A stretch of 62,070 nucleotides of DNA from an uncultured bacterium (lineage in GTDB: Bacteria; Omnitrophota; Omnitrophia; Omnitrophales; Aquincolibacteriaceae): positions 1 through 62,070 of the forward strand of contig CAZDVO010000008.1 in the NCBI GenBank assembly GCA_964508905.1. The letters are read 5' to 3'. Both the position numbers and the translations under genes were made by a program. Below are positions 28,416-38,553 of this stretch, in pieces. Below the pieces are notes generated by a model. The model saw only the letters and a program-made list of their open reading frames with translations. It made no database searches and was not told where the DNA came from. Position 1 is the stretch's first letter, and the number at the start of each line of letters is the position of its first letter.

Positions 28416-29081
28416 GTGAAGGGGTTGATCCGGGGGATTTGTTTTTTTATCGCCGCCTATTTGTTGATGACGGGTTGCGTGTCCGCCGCCGACCGAGTGG
28501 GGGACTCTCTCTCCCGCCAGCAAAGCGCCACCATCGAAAGTCTCAATAAAGAGCTTCTCCGATTGAACGAAGAACTGGACGAAGTGGCGGGCCTTCGCGA
28601 AGTCCTTCGACAGGAGAAACCGAGGATCGAGAAGCTTCTTTCGGATCCGATCGCTCGGCGCGATGCATCCGTGGTTCTCGATCAGCGCGGGCTTGTCGTA
28701 TCGGTCCTCGATCATGCGCTTTTTGATCCAGATGAAACGCAATTCACATCATCGGGCGAGGAGCTTTTGGCCCAACTTGCCGCGTTGCTTGCCTCCGGGG
28801 ATCTTTCGAAAAATCGGATTGTTCTTGAAGGTCATACCGATAACGAGCCGATCGAAGGGGCTGAGGGCGTTACGAATTGGGAGTATTCCATCGGTCGTGC
28901 GGTTGCCGTATTGCATTATTTGATCGATGTTCGGTCTCTGGCGCCTGCCCGGTTTTCCGTGACAGGCTATGCCGAATACCGGCCGAAGGCTTCAAACTCG
29001 ACCGAGGAAGGCCGCGTTCAGAATCGCCGTGTTGAGATCGTGATTCTGCCGCAGAAAGTCTCCGATGGCTCGCCCCGCTAA
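28416..29081 (+). CDS. OmpA/MotB-family peptidoglycan-binding protein, probable lipoprotein
   Basis: AAGGAG RBS; signal with LMTGC lipobox; VLEGHTDNEPI, TNWEYSIGRA and NRRVEIVIL motifs. Confidence 0.85.
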   Translation: MKGLIRGICFFIAAYLLMTGCVSAADRVGDSLSRQQSATIESLNKELLRLNEELDEVAGLREVLRQEKPRIEKLLSDPIARRDASVVLDQRGLVVSVLDHALFDPDETQFTSSGEELLAQLAALLASGDLSKNRIVLEGHTDNEPIEGAEGVTNWEYSIGRAVAVLHYLIDVRSLAPARFSVTGYAEYRPKASNSTEEGRVQNRRVEIVILPQKVSDGSPR

Positions 29082-29580
29082 GCGTTCTTTGGGAAGGGCC
29101 CTCAAAAGCATTGCTTGGTTCGTTGTTGCCGCGCTCTTTTTGAGCGCGCTCTCTCTTGGGCTCAATTTCTGGGTATACCGGGAACTTCAAGCGCGTCTCA
29201 AGATCCAGTTGTCGGGGAATTATATCCCTTCGCTTTTTATTCCTTCCTTTGAAGTGCGGCAAGGGTCCTTTATCTGGGACGATCGTGTTCATCTGGTGGA
29301 CGGGAACTTCAAGGTGACTTTTGACCCTTTGACGCTCATCTCTCAGCGGGGGATACGCGTGATCCTCAAAAGCCGGGCGAGCAAGATCCGGTTCCTTGGG
29401 AGTTGGGCCCTGCAACAGGGGCTTGAAGCGGCGACGGTCGATTCTCTTATCGCCGATATCATTCTGGGGCGCCGCGGCCTCGCCGCGGTCAATGAGGTTG
29501 AAGTGAAGTCGCAAACTTTTCAGTTTTCGTTGAAGAATGTCGATAAAAAAACAACCCAGGAACCATCGAGGTCTCTCTGA
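29065..29580 (+). CDS. Hypothetical membrane-anchored protein (N-terminal TM, beta-rich remainder)
   Basis: 171-aa ORF overlapping the upstream gene and ending 3 nt before murE. Confidence 0.65.
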   Translation: MARPAKRSLGRALKSIAWFVVAALFLSALSLGLNFWVYRELQARLKIQLSGNYIPSLFIPSFEVRQGSFIWDDRVHLVDGNFKVTFDPLTLISQRGIRVILKSRASKIRFLGSWALQQGLEAATVDSLIADIILGRRGLAAVNEVEVKSQTFQFSLKNVDKKTTQEPSRSL

Positions 29581-29583
29581 TCC

Positions 29584-31074
29584 ATGCGCAAACGTCTTGA
29601 TGATCTGTTCAAAGGCATTCCGATCCTCGAAAAATACCACTGGGACCCCAAGCGCATTTTTAATAAGGTTACTTCCGATTCCCGTGCCGTTGAGTCAGGG
29701 GATATCTTTGTCGCCTGCCCGGGGAGCCGCATGGATGGGCATGATTTTCTGGGGCAGGCGATTTACGCGAAAGCGTCTGTCGTCGTTTTTGAGAAAGACC
29801 CTGAGATCACCCTCCCGTCGCATGTGACGGGCGTCCGCGTTCGCGATGCCCGGTCCGCGCTTGCGGTGCTGCTTAACCGCTTCTACGATTGTCCCGACCA
29901 GAAGATGAAGTTGATCGGGGTGACCGGCACGAACGGGAAGACGACGACGACGTATCTTATGCACCGGCTCCTTCGTGAAAAAACGCCGTCCGCCTATCTT
30001 GGAACGTTGTGGTACGAGTTGCCTTCCGGAAAAGTGCCCGCCATGAATACGACGCCGGGGCCTGAAGTGCTGATCCCGATGTTCCATCAGATGGAGCAGG
30101 AGGGCGTGAAGCATTGCGTCATGGAAGTGTCCTCGCATGCGATCTCCCAGAAGCGCGTTCATGGCCTTGAATTTGAACTGGGGGTCTTTACCCAGCTGAC
30201 CCAGGACCATCTCGATTTTCATCACAGCATGGAAGAATATTTTCAGGCGAAGCGGAGTTTTTTTTCGGGGCCCCTCGCTCCTCAGAAGATGTTGTTCAAT
30301 AAGGACTGCCCGTACGGTCGCCGTCTGCTGGAAGAATTTCCCCAGGCCAAGAGTTTTAGCGTTCTCGGGGAAGCGGATTATTACGCGAAGGATCTCCAGA
30401 TGAGCTTTCAGGGAAGTCGTTTCGTGATGTGTTATCGCGGTAAGGAGCTGCCGTTCCAGATCCGCCTGCCCATGCGCTACAACATTTCTAACGCGTTGGC
30501 GGTGCTGAGTTCGATCCATTTGCTGGGGTTCGATCTGAATGATTTCCGGGGCGCACTGGAAGAGATCCCCGCGATCCCCGGGCGCATGGAACGGATCGGT
30601 GCGGCGACGGATTATACGGTCTTTGTTGATTACGCCCATACGCCCGATGCCCTTGAACAGGTGCTCCATGATGCGAAACAGATGAAGCCGCATCGCATTA
30701 TCTCCGTTTTTGGCTGCGGGGGCGATCGGGATCGAGGTAAACGTCCGCTAATGACCCGTGCCGTGTGCCGGTACTCGGATGTGGTGATCATGACGTCCGA
30801 CAATCCTCGCTCCGAGGATCCGGAAGAGATCCTGCGTGATATGCGTACCGGGCTTCCGCAGCCGGTGCCGCAGTCGGGATCCATCTATGAGATCCTGGAT
30901 CGTCAGGAAGCCATCGAAAAATCCGTTGCGCTTGCCAAACCCGGCGATGTCGTTTTTGTCCTCGGGAAAGGGCATGAGGATTATCAGATCCTTGGCGACG
31001 GGAAGATCCCTTTTAGCGATCGTGAAGTGATCGATGCCGCATTGAAAAGACGCAGCCGTGTTTTCCTTTCCTGA
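29584..31074 (+). CDS. murE: UDP-MurNAc-dipeptide:meso-DAP ligase
   Basis: GVTGTNGKTTT, MEVSSH, DYAHTPD, FGCGGDRD, SDNPR (mDAP specificity motif) and GKGHE. Confidence 0.96.
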   Translation: MRKRLDDLFKGIPILEKYHWDPKRIFNKVTSDSRAVESGDIFVACPGSRMDGHDFLGQAIYAKASVVVFEKDPEITLPSHVTGVRVRDARSALAVLLNRFYDCPDQKMKLIGVTGTNGKTTTTYLMHRLLREKTPSAYLGTLWYELPSGKVPAMNTTPGPEVLIPMFHQMEQEGVKHCVMEVSSHAISQKRVHGLEFELGVFTQLTQDHLDFHHSMEEYFQAKRSFFSGPLAPQKMLFNKDCPYGRRLLEEFPQAKSFSVLGEADYYAKDLQMSFQGSRFVMCYRGKELPFQIRLPMRYNISNALAVLSSIHLLGFDLNDFRGALEEIPAIPGRMERIGAATDYTVFVDYAHTPDALEQVLHDAKQMKPHRIISVFGCGGDRDRGKRPLMTRAVCRYSDVVIMTSDNPRSEDPEEILRDMRTGLPQPVPQSGSIYEILDRQEAIEKSVALAKPGDVVFVLGKGHEDYQILGDGKIPFSDREVIDAALKRRSRVFLS

Positions 31075-32455
31075 TATCAGCCGTCTTCTGGATGTCCGTC
31101 CGGAATTCCATGACCCTCAGCTGAAGTCGCGAAGTCTGTCCATCGATACGAGGACCCTAAAGCCGGGCGACCTGTTCGTCGCTTTTAAGGGGGAACAGAC
31201 CGATGGACATGATTTTTTGTCGGACGCTTTCGAGAAGGGCGCCTCCGGCGCCTTGATCGATGCGGTCCGGAAAGAATCGGTTTTAGCGCGGCTCGCCGCC
31301 TCGAAGAAACCGGTTCGGAATGTGTTTCCGGTGGCCGACCCTCAGGCCGCGATGACTCTCCTCGCGGAGGCCTGGCGAAAAACGCTTTCAGTCCGGGTGA
31401 TCGGTATTACCGGCAGCGTGGGAAAGACCACGACCAAAGAATTCCTTTTCTATTTGCTTCGCCAGAAGGCCTCCGTGCTTGCAACCGCAGGGAATCTGAA
31501 CAATCATTTAGGCGTTCCCATCATGATCTCGAGGCTTGAGCCCTCGCATCACTATTGTGTGATGGAAATGGGGGCCAGCCATCCGGGGGAGATCCGGTAT
31601 CTTGCCGGATTGGCGCGTCCTTCGGCCGGGATATTGACTCCGATCGGTTCGGCCCACCTGGAAGGGTTCGGAAGTCTGGAGAATGTTTATACGACCAAGT
31701 TGGAGCTTGCGGATTTTTTAGATCCCCAGGATCCTTTGGTGGTACGTGCCGATGATCCGGATCTTCTTGCCCGATTGAAAAAGAGCGGACGGCGGGCGGT
31801 CACGGTCGGTTATGACGAAAACGCGGACTATCGGATCGAGGATGTTAGGGCCGATTCGGGGATGATTACTTTTAGGTTGCAGGGCGCAGGCCCTTTCTCT
31901 TTTCCCGGACAAGCGCCCTTCCTGGCCTTGAATGCGGGGCTTGCGATCGCGATGGCGCGAAGCCTGGGGATCGCCTGGGCGGAGATCCCTCGCAACTGGG
32001 AGGATGTGGGCTTTGCTTCGGGAAGATTTCGTGAGACAATGCTGTCCAACGGGATTCGCGTGATCGACGACAGCTATAACGCGAATCCCGTTTCCTTCGA
32101 GAACGCCTTGAACGCGTTCCAGACGCTCCCGGTGTCCGGCAAAAAGATCGTTGTGTTCGCGGATATGCGGGAGTTGGGCCCTGAGGAAGTACGCTTTCAC
32201 AAAGAACTTGGCGCGCGGATCCTGGTGTCTGGTGTGGATCTTGCTCTCGCGTACGGGGCCCTGGCATCGTACAGTATTGTGGCGGCCCAAAAGGGTATGG
32301 ACGCGCGTCATTTCAAGGATAGCGGCGGGGCTCTCGAAGCATTGCGGGCTGCGCTTCAGCCGGGGGACGCGGTGCTCTTTAAAGGTTCGCGCAGTATGCA
32401 TGTCGAGAAAGTTCTGGAAGGGATTCGCTCCGTTTCTTTTTCACCAAGATCATAA
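31058..32455 (+). CDS. murF: UDP-MurNAc-tripeptide:D-Ala-D-Ala ligase
   Basis: ITGSVGKTTTKE, GNLNNHLG, EMGASHPGEI, DDSYNANP and KGSR motifs. Confidence 0.95.
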   Translation: MFSFPDISRLLDVRPEFHDPQLKSRSLSIDTRTLKPGDLFVAFKGEQTDGHDFLSDAFEKGASGALIDAVRKESVLARLAASKKPVRNVFPVADPQAAMTLLAEAWRKTLSVRVIGITGSVGKTTTKEFLFYLLRQKASVLATAGNLNNHLGVPIMISRLEPSHHYCVMEMGASHPGEIRYLAGLARPSAGILTPIGSAHLEGFGSLENVYTTKLELADFLDPQDPLVVRADDPDLLARLKKSGRRAVTVGYDENADYRIEDVRADSGMITFRLQGAGPFSFPGQAPFLALNAGLAIAMARSLGIAWAEIPRNWEDVGFASGRFRETMLSNGIRVIDDSYNANPVSFENALNAFQTLPVSGKKIVVFADMRELGPEEVRFHKELGARILVSGVDLALAYGALASYSIVAAQKGMDARHFKDSGGALEALRAALQPGDAVLFKGSRSMHVEKVLEGIRSVSFSPRS

Positions 32456-32476
32456 TCATCGGGCCGAAACTGAACC

Positions 32477-33562
32477 ATGTTTTATTTTTTACATCATCTC
32501 GCAGATCAATCGATCATTTTTAACATCTTCCGCTACATTACGTTCCGTTCCGCGGCAGCGAGCATTACGGCGTTCTTTCTGTCCTTATGGCTCGGGCCTC
32601 GCTGCATCGCGTGGTTGAAACAACTTCGGGCGGTGACCAATCAGGAACGTGCGCACGCCGATGCCATCCATGAGCATTTCAAGCATAAGAAGGATGTTCC
32701 CATGATGGGGGGCGTCCTCATTGTGGCGAGCGTGGTGATCGCCTCGCTCTTGTGGGGGAATCTGACGAACCGTTTTATGGGGATGATGATCGGGGTCATG
32801 CTCTGGTTCGGTTTCGTCGGCTTTCTGGATGATTGGCTCAAGATGCGATCAAAAAGCTCGGACGGGTTGAGTTCTCTGACCAAATTATTGGGGCAGGTAT
32901 TCATGGGGCTCGCGATCGGGGTCTATCTTTATTGTGATCCCGGTTTTGATAAATGGCTGTATGTGCCTCTTTTGAAAAAAGGGGCCTTCTATCTCGGCAT
33001 CTTCTTCATCCCCTTCGTGGTGTTGGTTCTAACGGGGACTTCGAATGCGCTCAATCTGACCGATGGTTTGGACGGGCTTGCGATCGGCTGCACCATGTTC
33101 GCCGCGACGACCTTTGCCTTGATCACTTATGTGACCGGTCACTTTGATTTTGCCGCGTATCTCGCCATTCCGCATATCCCCGAGGCGGGGGAAGTGACCG
33201 TGTTTTGCGCGGCGCTAGCCGGAGCGAGCGCGGGATTTCTTTGGTTCAACTCTTATCCGGCCGAGGTCTTTATGGGCGATACCGGTTCGCTCTCACTCGG
33301 CGGGGCGCTGGGCGCGATCGCGGTGTTGACCAAAAAAGAGCTGGTCCTTGTGATCGTCGGCGGCATCTTTGTGTGGGAAGCCCTTTCCGTCATTCTCCAG
33401 GTCACGAGTTTCAAGCTTCGCAAGAAGCGGATCTTTCTGATGTCCCCCTTTCATCATCATCTTCAGCGCAAAGGGTGGCCGGAGTCCAAGATCACGACCC
33501 GGCTTTGGATCATTGCCTTTATTCTCGCGATCGTCGGTCTCAGCACACTGAAGGTTCGGTGA
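32477..33562 (+). CDS. mraY: Phospho-N-acetylmuramoyl-pentapeptide transferase
   Basis: PMMGG, GFLDD, NALNLTDGLDGLA, FMGDTGS and PFHHH motifs. Confidence 0.97.
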   Translation: MFYFLHHLADQSIIFNIFRYITFRSAAASITAFFLSLWLGPRCIAWLKQLRAVTNQERAHADAIHEHFKHKKDVPMMGGVLIVASVVIASLLWGNLTNRFMGMMIGVMLWFGFVGFLDDWLKMRSKSSDGLSSLTKLLGQVFMGLAIGVYLYCDPGFDKWLYVPLLKKGAFYLGIFFIPFVVLVLTGTSNALNLTDGLDGLAIGCTMFAATTFALITYVTGHFDFAAYLAIPHIPEAGEVTVFCAALAGASAGFLWFNSYPAEVFMGDTGSLSLGGALGAIAVLTKKELVLVIVGGIFVWEALSVILQVTSFKLRKKRIFLMSPFHHHLQRKGWPESKITTRLWIIAFILAIVGLSTLKVR

Positions 33563-33563
33563 T

Positions 33564-34844
33564 ATGAAGCCTGCCGCTGGGACCAAAGTCGCGATCCTAG
33601 GATTGCGGGATACCGGTTTTTTGAGCGCCCTTTTTCTCCATGAGAACGGCTATCGTGTTTTCGTCTCCGATCTGGCTGATTCTCCGGAAGTGCGGGGGAA
33701 TGTGGCCAAGCTTGTGGAACGAGGGATCCGGGCGGAGAGCGGACAGCACTCCTTTGAGGAGATCCTTTCCGCGGATTGGGTTTTGATCTCTCCGGGGATC
33801 CCTCCCGGGGCGAAGATATATCAGGCGCTTCTCGCCGCAAAAAAGCCGATCTATAGCGAGATCGAGGTCGCGAGTTGGTTCTCGAGGGCGAAGACCGTCG
33901 TGGCGGTTACCGGGTCCTGCGGTAAGACCACGACGGCAACACTCATCGCCAAGATCGTCGAAGCGAACGACCGGCCGGCGGTCCTCTGCGGGAATATTGG
34001 GAATCCTTGGATCGGCGAACTTGGCAAGATCACCCCGGAAACGGTCGTGGTGCTCGAGGTCAGCTCCTTTCAATTGATGCATTGCGTGAATTTTGCCCCG
34101 TCCATTGGGCTGCTTTTGAATGTTTTTCCAAATCACATGGATTGGCACGTGGACATGAAGGAATATTCCCGGGCCAAGCTTAATATTTTCCGTTCCATGG
34201 ATGAGTCTGGCGTTATGATCTGCCAAAAAGCGGAAGAACTCGCGCTATTTCCCGATTTTGAATCCCGGGCCCGGCGCGTTTATTTCGATGAACGGTTGGC
34301 GTCCAACCCGAACGAGGCCGCACTGTTGTGCGCGGCGGAGGCGCTGGGGTGTTCCGCGGCCTCGGTCCGACAGGCGTTGGAGTCCTTCCAGGGGCTTGAG
34401 CATCGGATGGAAAAATTCGCGGAGCAGGACGGCGTTTCATTCGTCAATGACTCCAAAGCTACGACGACAGCCTCGTTGGCCTGGGCGCTCGAGAAATGCC
34501 GCGACGGGGCGGTGGTGTTGATCTGCGGCGGGAAATACAAAACTGACGTCCGTGATTTCAGGACCCTGCGGGATCTCGTGGCCCAGAAGGTTCGCTGTGC
34601 GATCCTGATCGGGGTTGCGCGGCCCCTGCTTCGGGAAGCTTGGCAGGGCGCGGTGGAGATGGTTGAGGCGGAGACGCTGGATGAAGCTTGCCGCTTGAGT
34701 CTCGAGAAGGCTCGGGGTGGGGATACGGTGCTTTTGTCGCCGGCGTGTGCGAGTTTTGATATGTTCAAGCATTATCAAGAACGCGGGAAGTTTTTTAAAG
34801 AGTTGATCCTGAAACGTTTGGGATCCTCGGCGGTTCGGGGGTAA
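33564..34844 (+). CDS. murD: UDP-MurNAc-L-Ala:D-Glu ligase
   Basis: SPGIP, TGSCGKTTT, LEVSSFQL, HRME, NDSKAT and LSPACASFD motifs. Confidence 0.96.
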   Translation: MKPAAGTKVAILGLRDTGFLSALFLHENGYRVFVSDLADSPEVRGNVAKLVERGIRAESGQHSFEEILSADWVLISPGIPPGAKIYQALLAAKKPIYSEIEVASWFSRAKTVVAVTGSCGKTTTATLIAKIVEANDRPAVLCGNIGNPWIGELGKITPETVVVLEVSSFQLMHCVNFAPSIGLLLNVFPNHMDWHVDMKEYSRAKLNIFRSMDESGVMICQKAEELALFPDFESRARRVYFDERLASNPNEAALLCAAEALGCSAASVRQALESFQGLEHRMEKFAEQDGVSFVNDSKATTTASLAWALEKCRDGAVVLICGGKYKTDVRDFRTLRDLVAQKVRCAILIGVARPLLREAWQGAVEMVEAETLDEACRLSLEKARGGDTVLLSPACASFDMFKHYQERGKFFKELILKRLGSSAVRG

Positions 34845-34846
34845 TC

Positions 34847-35947
34847 ATGTCCAAAGAAGCGCGTCTTTTGTTCATCGTGACCTACTGCTTGGTGGGGATC
34901 GGGATCGTGATGATCTATAGCGCCAGCGCGGTCCTCGCGCACGACTGGCACGGGGATGAGATGTTCTTTTTGCTCCGTCAGGTCGTTTATGTGGTCCTCG
35001 GGACGATCGGATTTTTTATCGCCGCGGCGTTGCCGATTAAGTTCTATCAGCACAATGCCCGGGCGTTCATGCTGCTTGCGATCATGCTGTTGATCGGCGT
35101 CTATCTTCCCGTGATCGGCCACTCGGCGGGGGGCGCGCGCCGATGGCTGCATTTCGGGGCGTTCCAGTTCCAGCCCGTGGAGTTTGCGAAACTTGCCTGT
35201 TGCATCTATCTGGCGGATTACATTGGCCGTAAGATCGCGTGGGTGCAGAAGGGGGATATCCTTGTTTTTGTTCCGCCGCTCATTCTTGTGGGGCTGGTTT
35301 GCGGCTTGACCCTCATGGAGCCGGATCTGGGGTCGGTGGCCTTTATCGTGATGATGACGTCGATCATCTTTTTTGTTTCGGGCCTTCGCCTTCGCTATGT
35401 GTTCGGGGCTATCGGGGTACTCTTGCCGGCGCTCTATTTCTTGATCATCCGCGTTCCGTACCGCCTGAGCCGTCTTGAAGCCTACCTGAATCCCTGGGAG
35501 GATCCGCTCGGCTCTGGGTTCCAGATCATCCAGTCCTTTCTAGCCTTTGCTTCGGGGGGGATCCATGGCGTTGGTCTCGGGCAGAGCACGCAGAAGCTTT
35601 TTTATCTTCCCTCGAGCCACAACGATTTTATTCTGGCGGTGATTGGCGAAGAACTTGGGATGATCGGGATCCTGGTCGTGATCGCCCTGTATATTCTTTT
35701 TTTTCTTTGCTGTATCCGCATGGCCCGCAAGATCGATCAGGCTTTTGAGAAATTGTTGGTCACCTCGATCACGATGCTCATCATTCTTCAGACTGTGTTC
35801 CACATGATGGTTGCGACGGGGCTTGTTCCGACTAAAGGGTTGCCGCTTCCGTTCATCAGCTACGGAGGAAGCTCCATCCTGATCAACTTGATCGCGGTAG
35901 GGATTCTGATGGCGGTCGACCGGCGTCACAAAAGCCGCAACAGTTGA
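34847..35947 (+). CDS. ftsW: SEDS peptidoglycan polymerase FtsW
   Basis: GARRW, FQPVEFAK, EPDLG, HNDFI, EELG, PTKGLPLPFISYGGSS motifs; located in the dcw cluster. Confidence 0.95.
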   Translation: MSKEARLLFIVTYCLVGIGIVMIYSASAVLAHDWHGDEMFFLLRQVVYVVLGTIGFFIAAALPIKFYQHNARAFMLLAIMLLIGVYLPVIGHSAGGARRWLHFGAFQFQPVEFAKLACCIYLADYIGRKIAWVQKGDILVFVPPLILVGLVCGLTLMEPDLGSVAFIVMMTSIIFFVSGLRLRYVFGAIGVLLPALYFLIIRVPYRLSRLEAYLNPWEDPLGSGFQIIQSFLAFASGGIHGVGLGQSTQKLFYLPSSHNDFILAVIGEELGMIGILVVIALYILFFLCCIRMARKIDQAFEKLLVTSITMLIILQTVFHMMVATGLVPTKGLPLPFISYGGSSILINLIAVGILMAVDRRHKSRNS

Positions 35948-35948
35948 T

Positions 35949-37097
35949 ATGGAACAGTCCCTTTCTTCGGCCGCACCCCAGGCCATGTCCCTTGTTGTTT
36001 ATGCCGGCCCGACGGGGGGGCATGTTTTTCCGGCCCAGTCTTTCAGCGAGGGATTTCGCAGACATTTTCCGGGGGCTGCGATCCATTTGGTGACGTGCCA
36101 TCGGGCTAAAAGGCTGGTCGATAAGATGCCTCCCGGGATCTTCCTCTCCGTTTGTTATTTGCCGGAGTTCGGTTTTCCGACCGGGTTTTCGCTCAAAACC
36201 TTGAAGCCTTTTTTTATTTTCCCGTATCTTTTGATCCAGGCCTTCTTTTTTCTGCGGCGGATCCGGCCTGAGCTCTGCGTGGGGTTCGGAAGCTTTGTTT
36301 CCTATCCGGGGATGATGATGGCCTCCTGGCTCAAGATCCCCACGATGATCCACGAGCAGAATAAGGTCCCGGGGAAGGCGACCCACTGGCTTTTGCCCCA
36401 TATGGATGTTGTTGCCGAAAGTTTTGAAGGAACGCGATTTTTACGTAAGCCGAAGAGTCTTTACACCGTGGGTCTTCCGCTGAGGTCGCGTATGGCGGCT
36501 GCTTTGGCCGAGACGAGGCCGGATGGAACGCCTCGTCCTTTCACGATCCTGGTCGTGGGCGGCTCTCAAGGTGCGAGAGGGTTGAACGCGATCGTGGTCG
36601 ATGTGATGGCTTCTCTGTCGGATGAAGAAAGGTCCAGAATAGCCGTTATTCATATTACCGGAGAGCGGGACCGTGGTTGGGTGACGGAACGCTATGCGGA
36701 GTTGGCTTTATCGAGTGAAGTTCATCCGTTCTATGAGGTGATGGAACAGCTTTTTCAAAGGATCGATCTTGCTGTGACGAGGGCCGGGGCCAACACGCTT
36801 TTTGAATTGGCGGCGTTCGGGATCCCGTCGCTTGTGATCCCTTATCCTCATGCCGGCGGGCATCAAAAGTATAATGCGGAAGGATTTGCGGAAAAGGGCG
36901 GGTTGCTTTTTCACGAAGAATCTCAGGAGGCCAAGCCGTGGTTGCTGGCCCATCTCAAAAGTTTCATCGAAACGCCGGGACATCTTGATCCTATTGCTGC
37001 GGCGATGAAAAAATTGGCGAAGCCCGGTGCCACGGATGCATTGATCGAAATAGCGAGAAAGTTGATCAAAGAACATGAAGAAGGTCATAAGCGATAA
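35949..37097 (+). CDS. murG: Undecaprenyl-PP-MurNAc-pentapeptide GlcNAc transferase
   Basis: TGGHVFPA, HEQN..PG, GGSQGA, RAGA and HQKYNA motifs. Confidence 0.93.
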   Translation: MEQSLSSAAPQAMSLVVYAGPTGGHVFPAQSFSEGFRRHFPGAAIHLVTCHRAKRLVDKMPPGIFLSVCYLPEFGFPTGFSLKTLKPFFIFPYLLIQAFFFLRRIRPELCVGFGSFVSYPGMMMASWLKIPTMIHEQNKVPGKATHWLLPHMDVVAESFEGTRFLRKPKSLYTVGLPLRSRMAAALAETRPDGTPRPFTILVVGGSQGARGLNAIVVDVMASLSDEERSRIAVIHITGERDRGWVTERYAELALSSEVHPFYEVMEQLFQRIDLAVTRAGANTLFELAAFGIPSLVIPYPHAGGHQKYNAEGFAEKGGLLFHEESQEAKPWLLAHLKSFIETPGHLDPIAAAMKKLAKPGATDALIEIARKLIKEHEEGHKR

Positions 37098-38478
37098 TCT
37101 TATTCGGGACAGCCACGAAGCCTATCTGATCGGGATCGGTGGAGCGGGGATGAGTGGTCTTGCCCGTATTTTAAAACACCTCGGGCTTTCGGTTTTTGGA
37201 TCGGATTATAAAGAGACGCGGGTCACGCAAAGCCTCCGACGTGCGGGGATCCCGGTCCATATCGGCCAGAAGACCATCGGATTCGGCGAAGCGGACCTGA
37301 TCATTTATTCCACCGCGATCCACAAAGATCACCTGGAACTCAAAGAGGCCCGCCGTCTAGGGCGGAAGGTTCTCCATCGCGCGGAGGTGCTTGCCTCGCT
37401 GCTGAATCACGCGGAAACTTCGATCGGCGTTCTGGGGACCCATGGCAAAACCACGACATCGGCGATGGTTTCGCACGTCCTGTCGCAGATCGGCGCTAAT
37501 CCGACCTGTTTTGTTGGCAGTGATATGTTGAATTACGACACGAATTTTATGGCGGGGACTCCGGATTATTGGGTGAGCGAAGTGGATGAGAGCGACGCCT
37601 CCCACGAGCTTTATGCTCCGCATTATTCGATCATCACGAACCTGGAACCGGAGCACCTGGACCATTATAAAACGTGGGAGAACCTGACCGCGTCCTTTCG
37701 CCGGTTTTTGAGCCAGGTCCATGACCCGGGGCTCGTTTCATACTGGGGCGATGACCCGAATCTCACGATGCTTGTGAAAGAAAGCGGGAGACCTTCGGTC
37801 AACTTTGGTTTTTCCGAGGAGTGCGCGTACTCGGCTCAAAATATCCGCCTCCATGCTTTTGGCTCAGAATTCGATCTTTATGAGTCCGGTTTTTTTAGCA
37901 GGCATATGAAGCTGGGGGTGCCTGGACGTCATAATATTGCGAACGCGCTTGCGACGCTATCGGTGATGCTCCATCTCGGGTTTGATCTCGAACTTGTAGC
38001 GGAAGCGCTCGCGACGTTCAAGGGGACTCGTCGTCGCATGGAATTGAAAGGGCAAACGCCGCAATTTCTGGTGTTGGACGATTATGCGCATCATCCGACT
38101 GAAGTGAAGGCGGTGCTTCGCGCGCTTCACGAGGCGGGAAAATATGTCCGGGTTGTTTTTCAGCCACATCGATACAGCCGGACGAAGAACCTTTGTAAGG
38201 AGTTCGGTCACGCATTTGATGACGCCGAAGAGGTCGTGCTGACGGATATCTATGGCGCGGGGGAGTCGAACCCGGAAGGCGTGGCGATCGATCATGTGTA
38301 TGAAGAGGTTATGAGCGCAGGGCATCCGCACGTCCGGGTGGTGCGCCGGGAGGCTATTCTGTCGTATCTTTTGGACCATCCGCTGGAAAAAGGTGTGATG
38401 ATCTTTATGGGGGCGGGGGATATCGGGGAGATCGCCGGCGAGTTTGTCGGGCGTCTTGCCCCTTGTGCGACCGCGTGA
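37075..38478 (+). CDS. murC: UDP-MurNAc:L-Ala ligase
   Basis: IGIGGAGMSGLA, GTHGKTTT, EVDESD, DDYAHHPTE, FQPHRYSR and MGAGDI motifs. Confidence 0.96.
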   Translation: MKKVISDNLIRDSHEAYLIGIGGAGMSGLARILKHLGLSVFGSDYKETRVTQSLRRAGIPVHIGQKTIGFGEADLIIYSTAIHKDHLELKEARRLGRKVLHRAEVLASLLNHAETSIGVLGTHGKTTTSAMVSHVLSQIGANPTCFVGSDMLNYDTNFMAGTPDYWVSEVDESDASHELYAPHYSIITNLEPEHLDHYKTWENLTASFRRFLSQVHDPGLVSYWGDDPNLTMLVKESGRPSVNFGFSEECAYSAQNIRLHAFGSEFDLYESGFFSRHMKLGVPGRHNIANALATLSVMLHLGFDLELVAEALATFKGTRRRMELKGQTPQFLVLDDYAHHPTEVKAVLRALHEAGKYVRVVFQPHRYSRTKNLCKEFGHAFDDAEEVVLTDIYGAGESNPEGVAIDHVYEEVMSAGHPHVRVVRREAILSYLLDHPLEKGVMIFMGAGDIGEIAGEFVGRLAPCATA

Positions 38479-38553
38479 TTTTTCTCTTTTGAGGGCAGGC
38501 CCCGAAGGAGAGGAGTCTCGTGGCTTTTTTTATTCACAGAGAGAAAGGTTTTT

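Noticed and set aside
28416-29081. Flagellar stator motB
   Set aside because: It has a lipoprotein-type signal rather than the MotB TM helix with the conserved Asp, and there is no motA or flagellar gene nearby.
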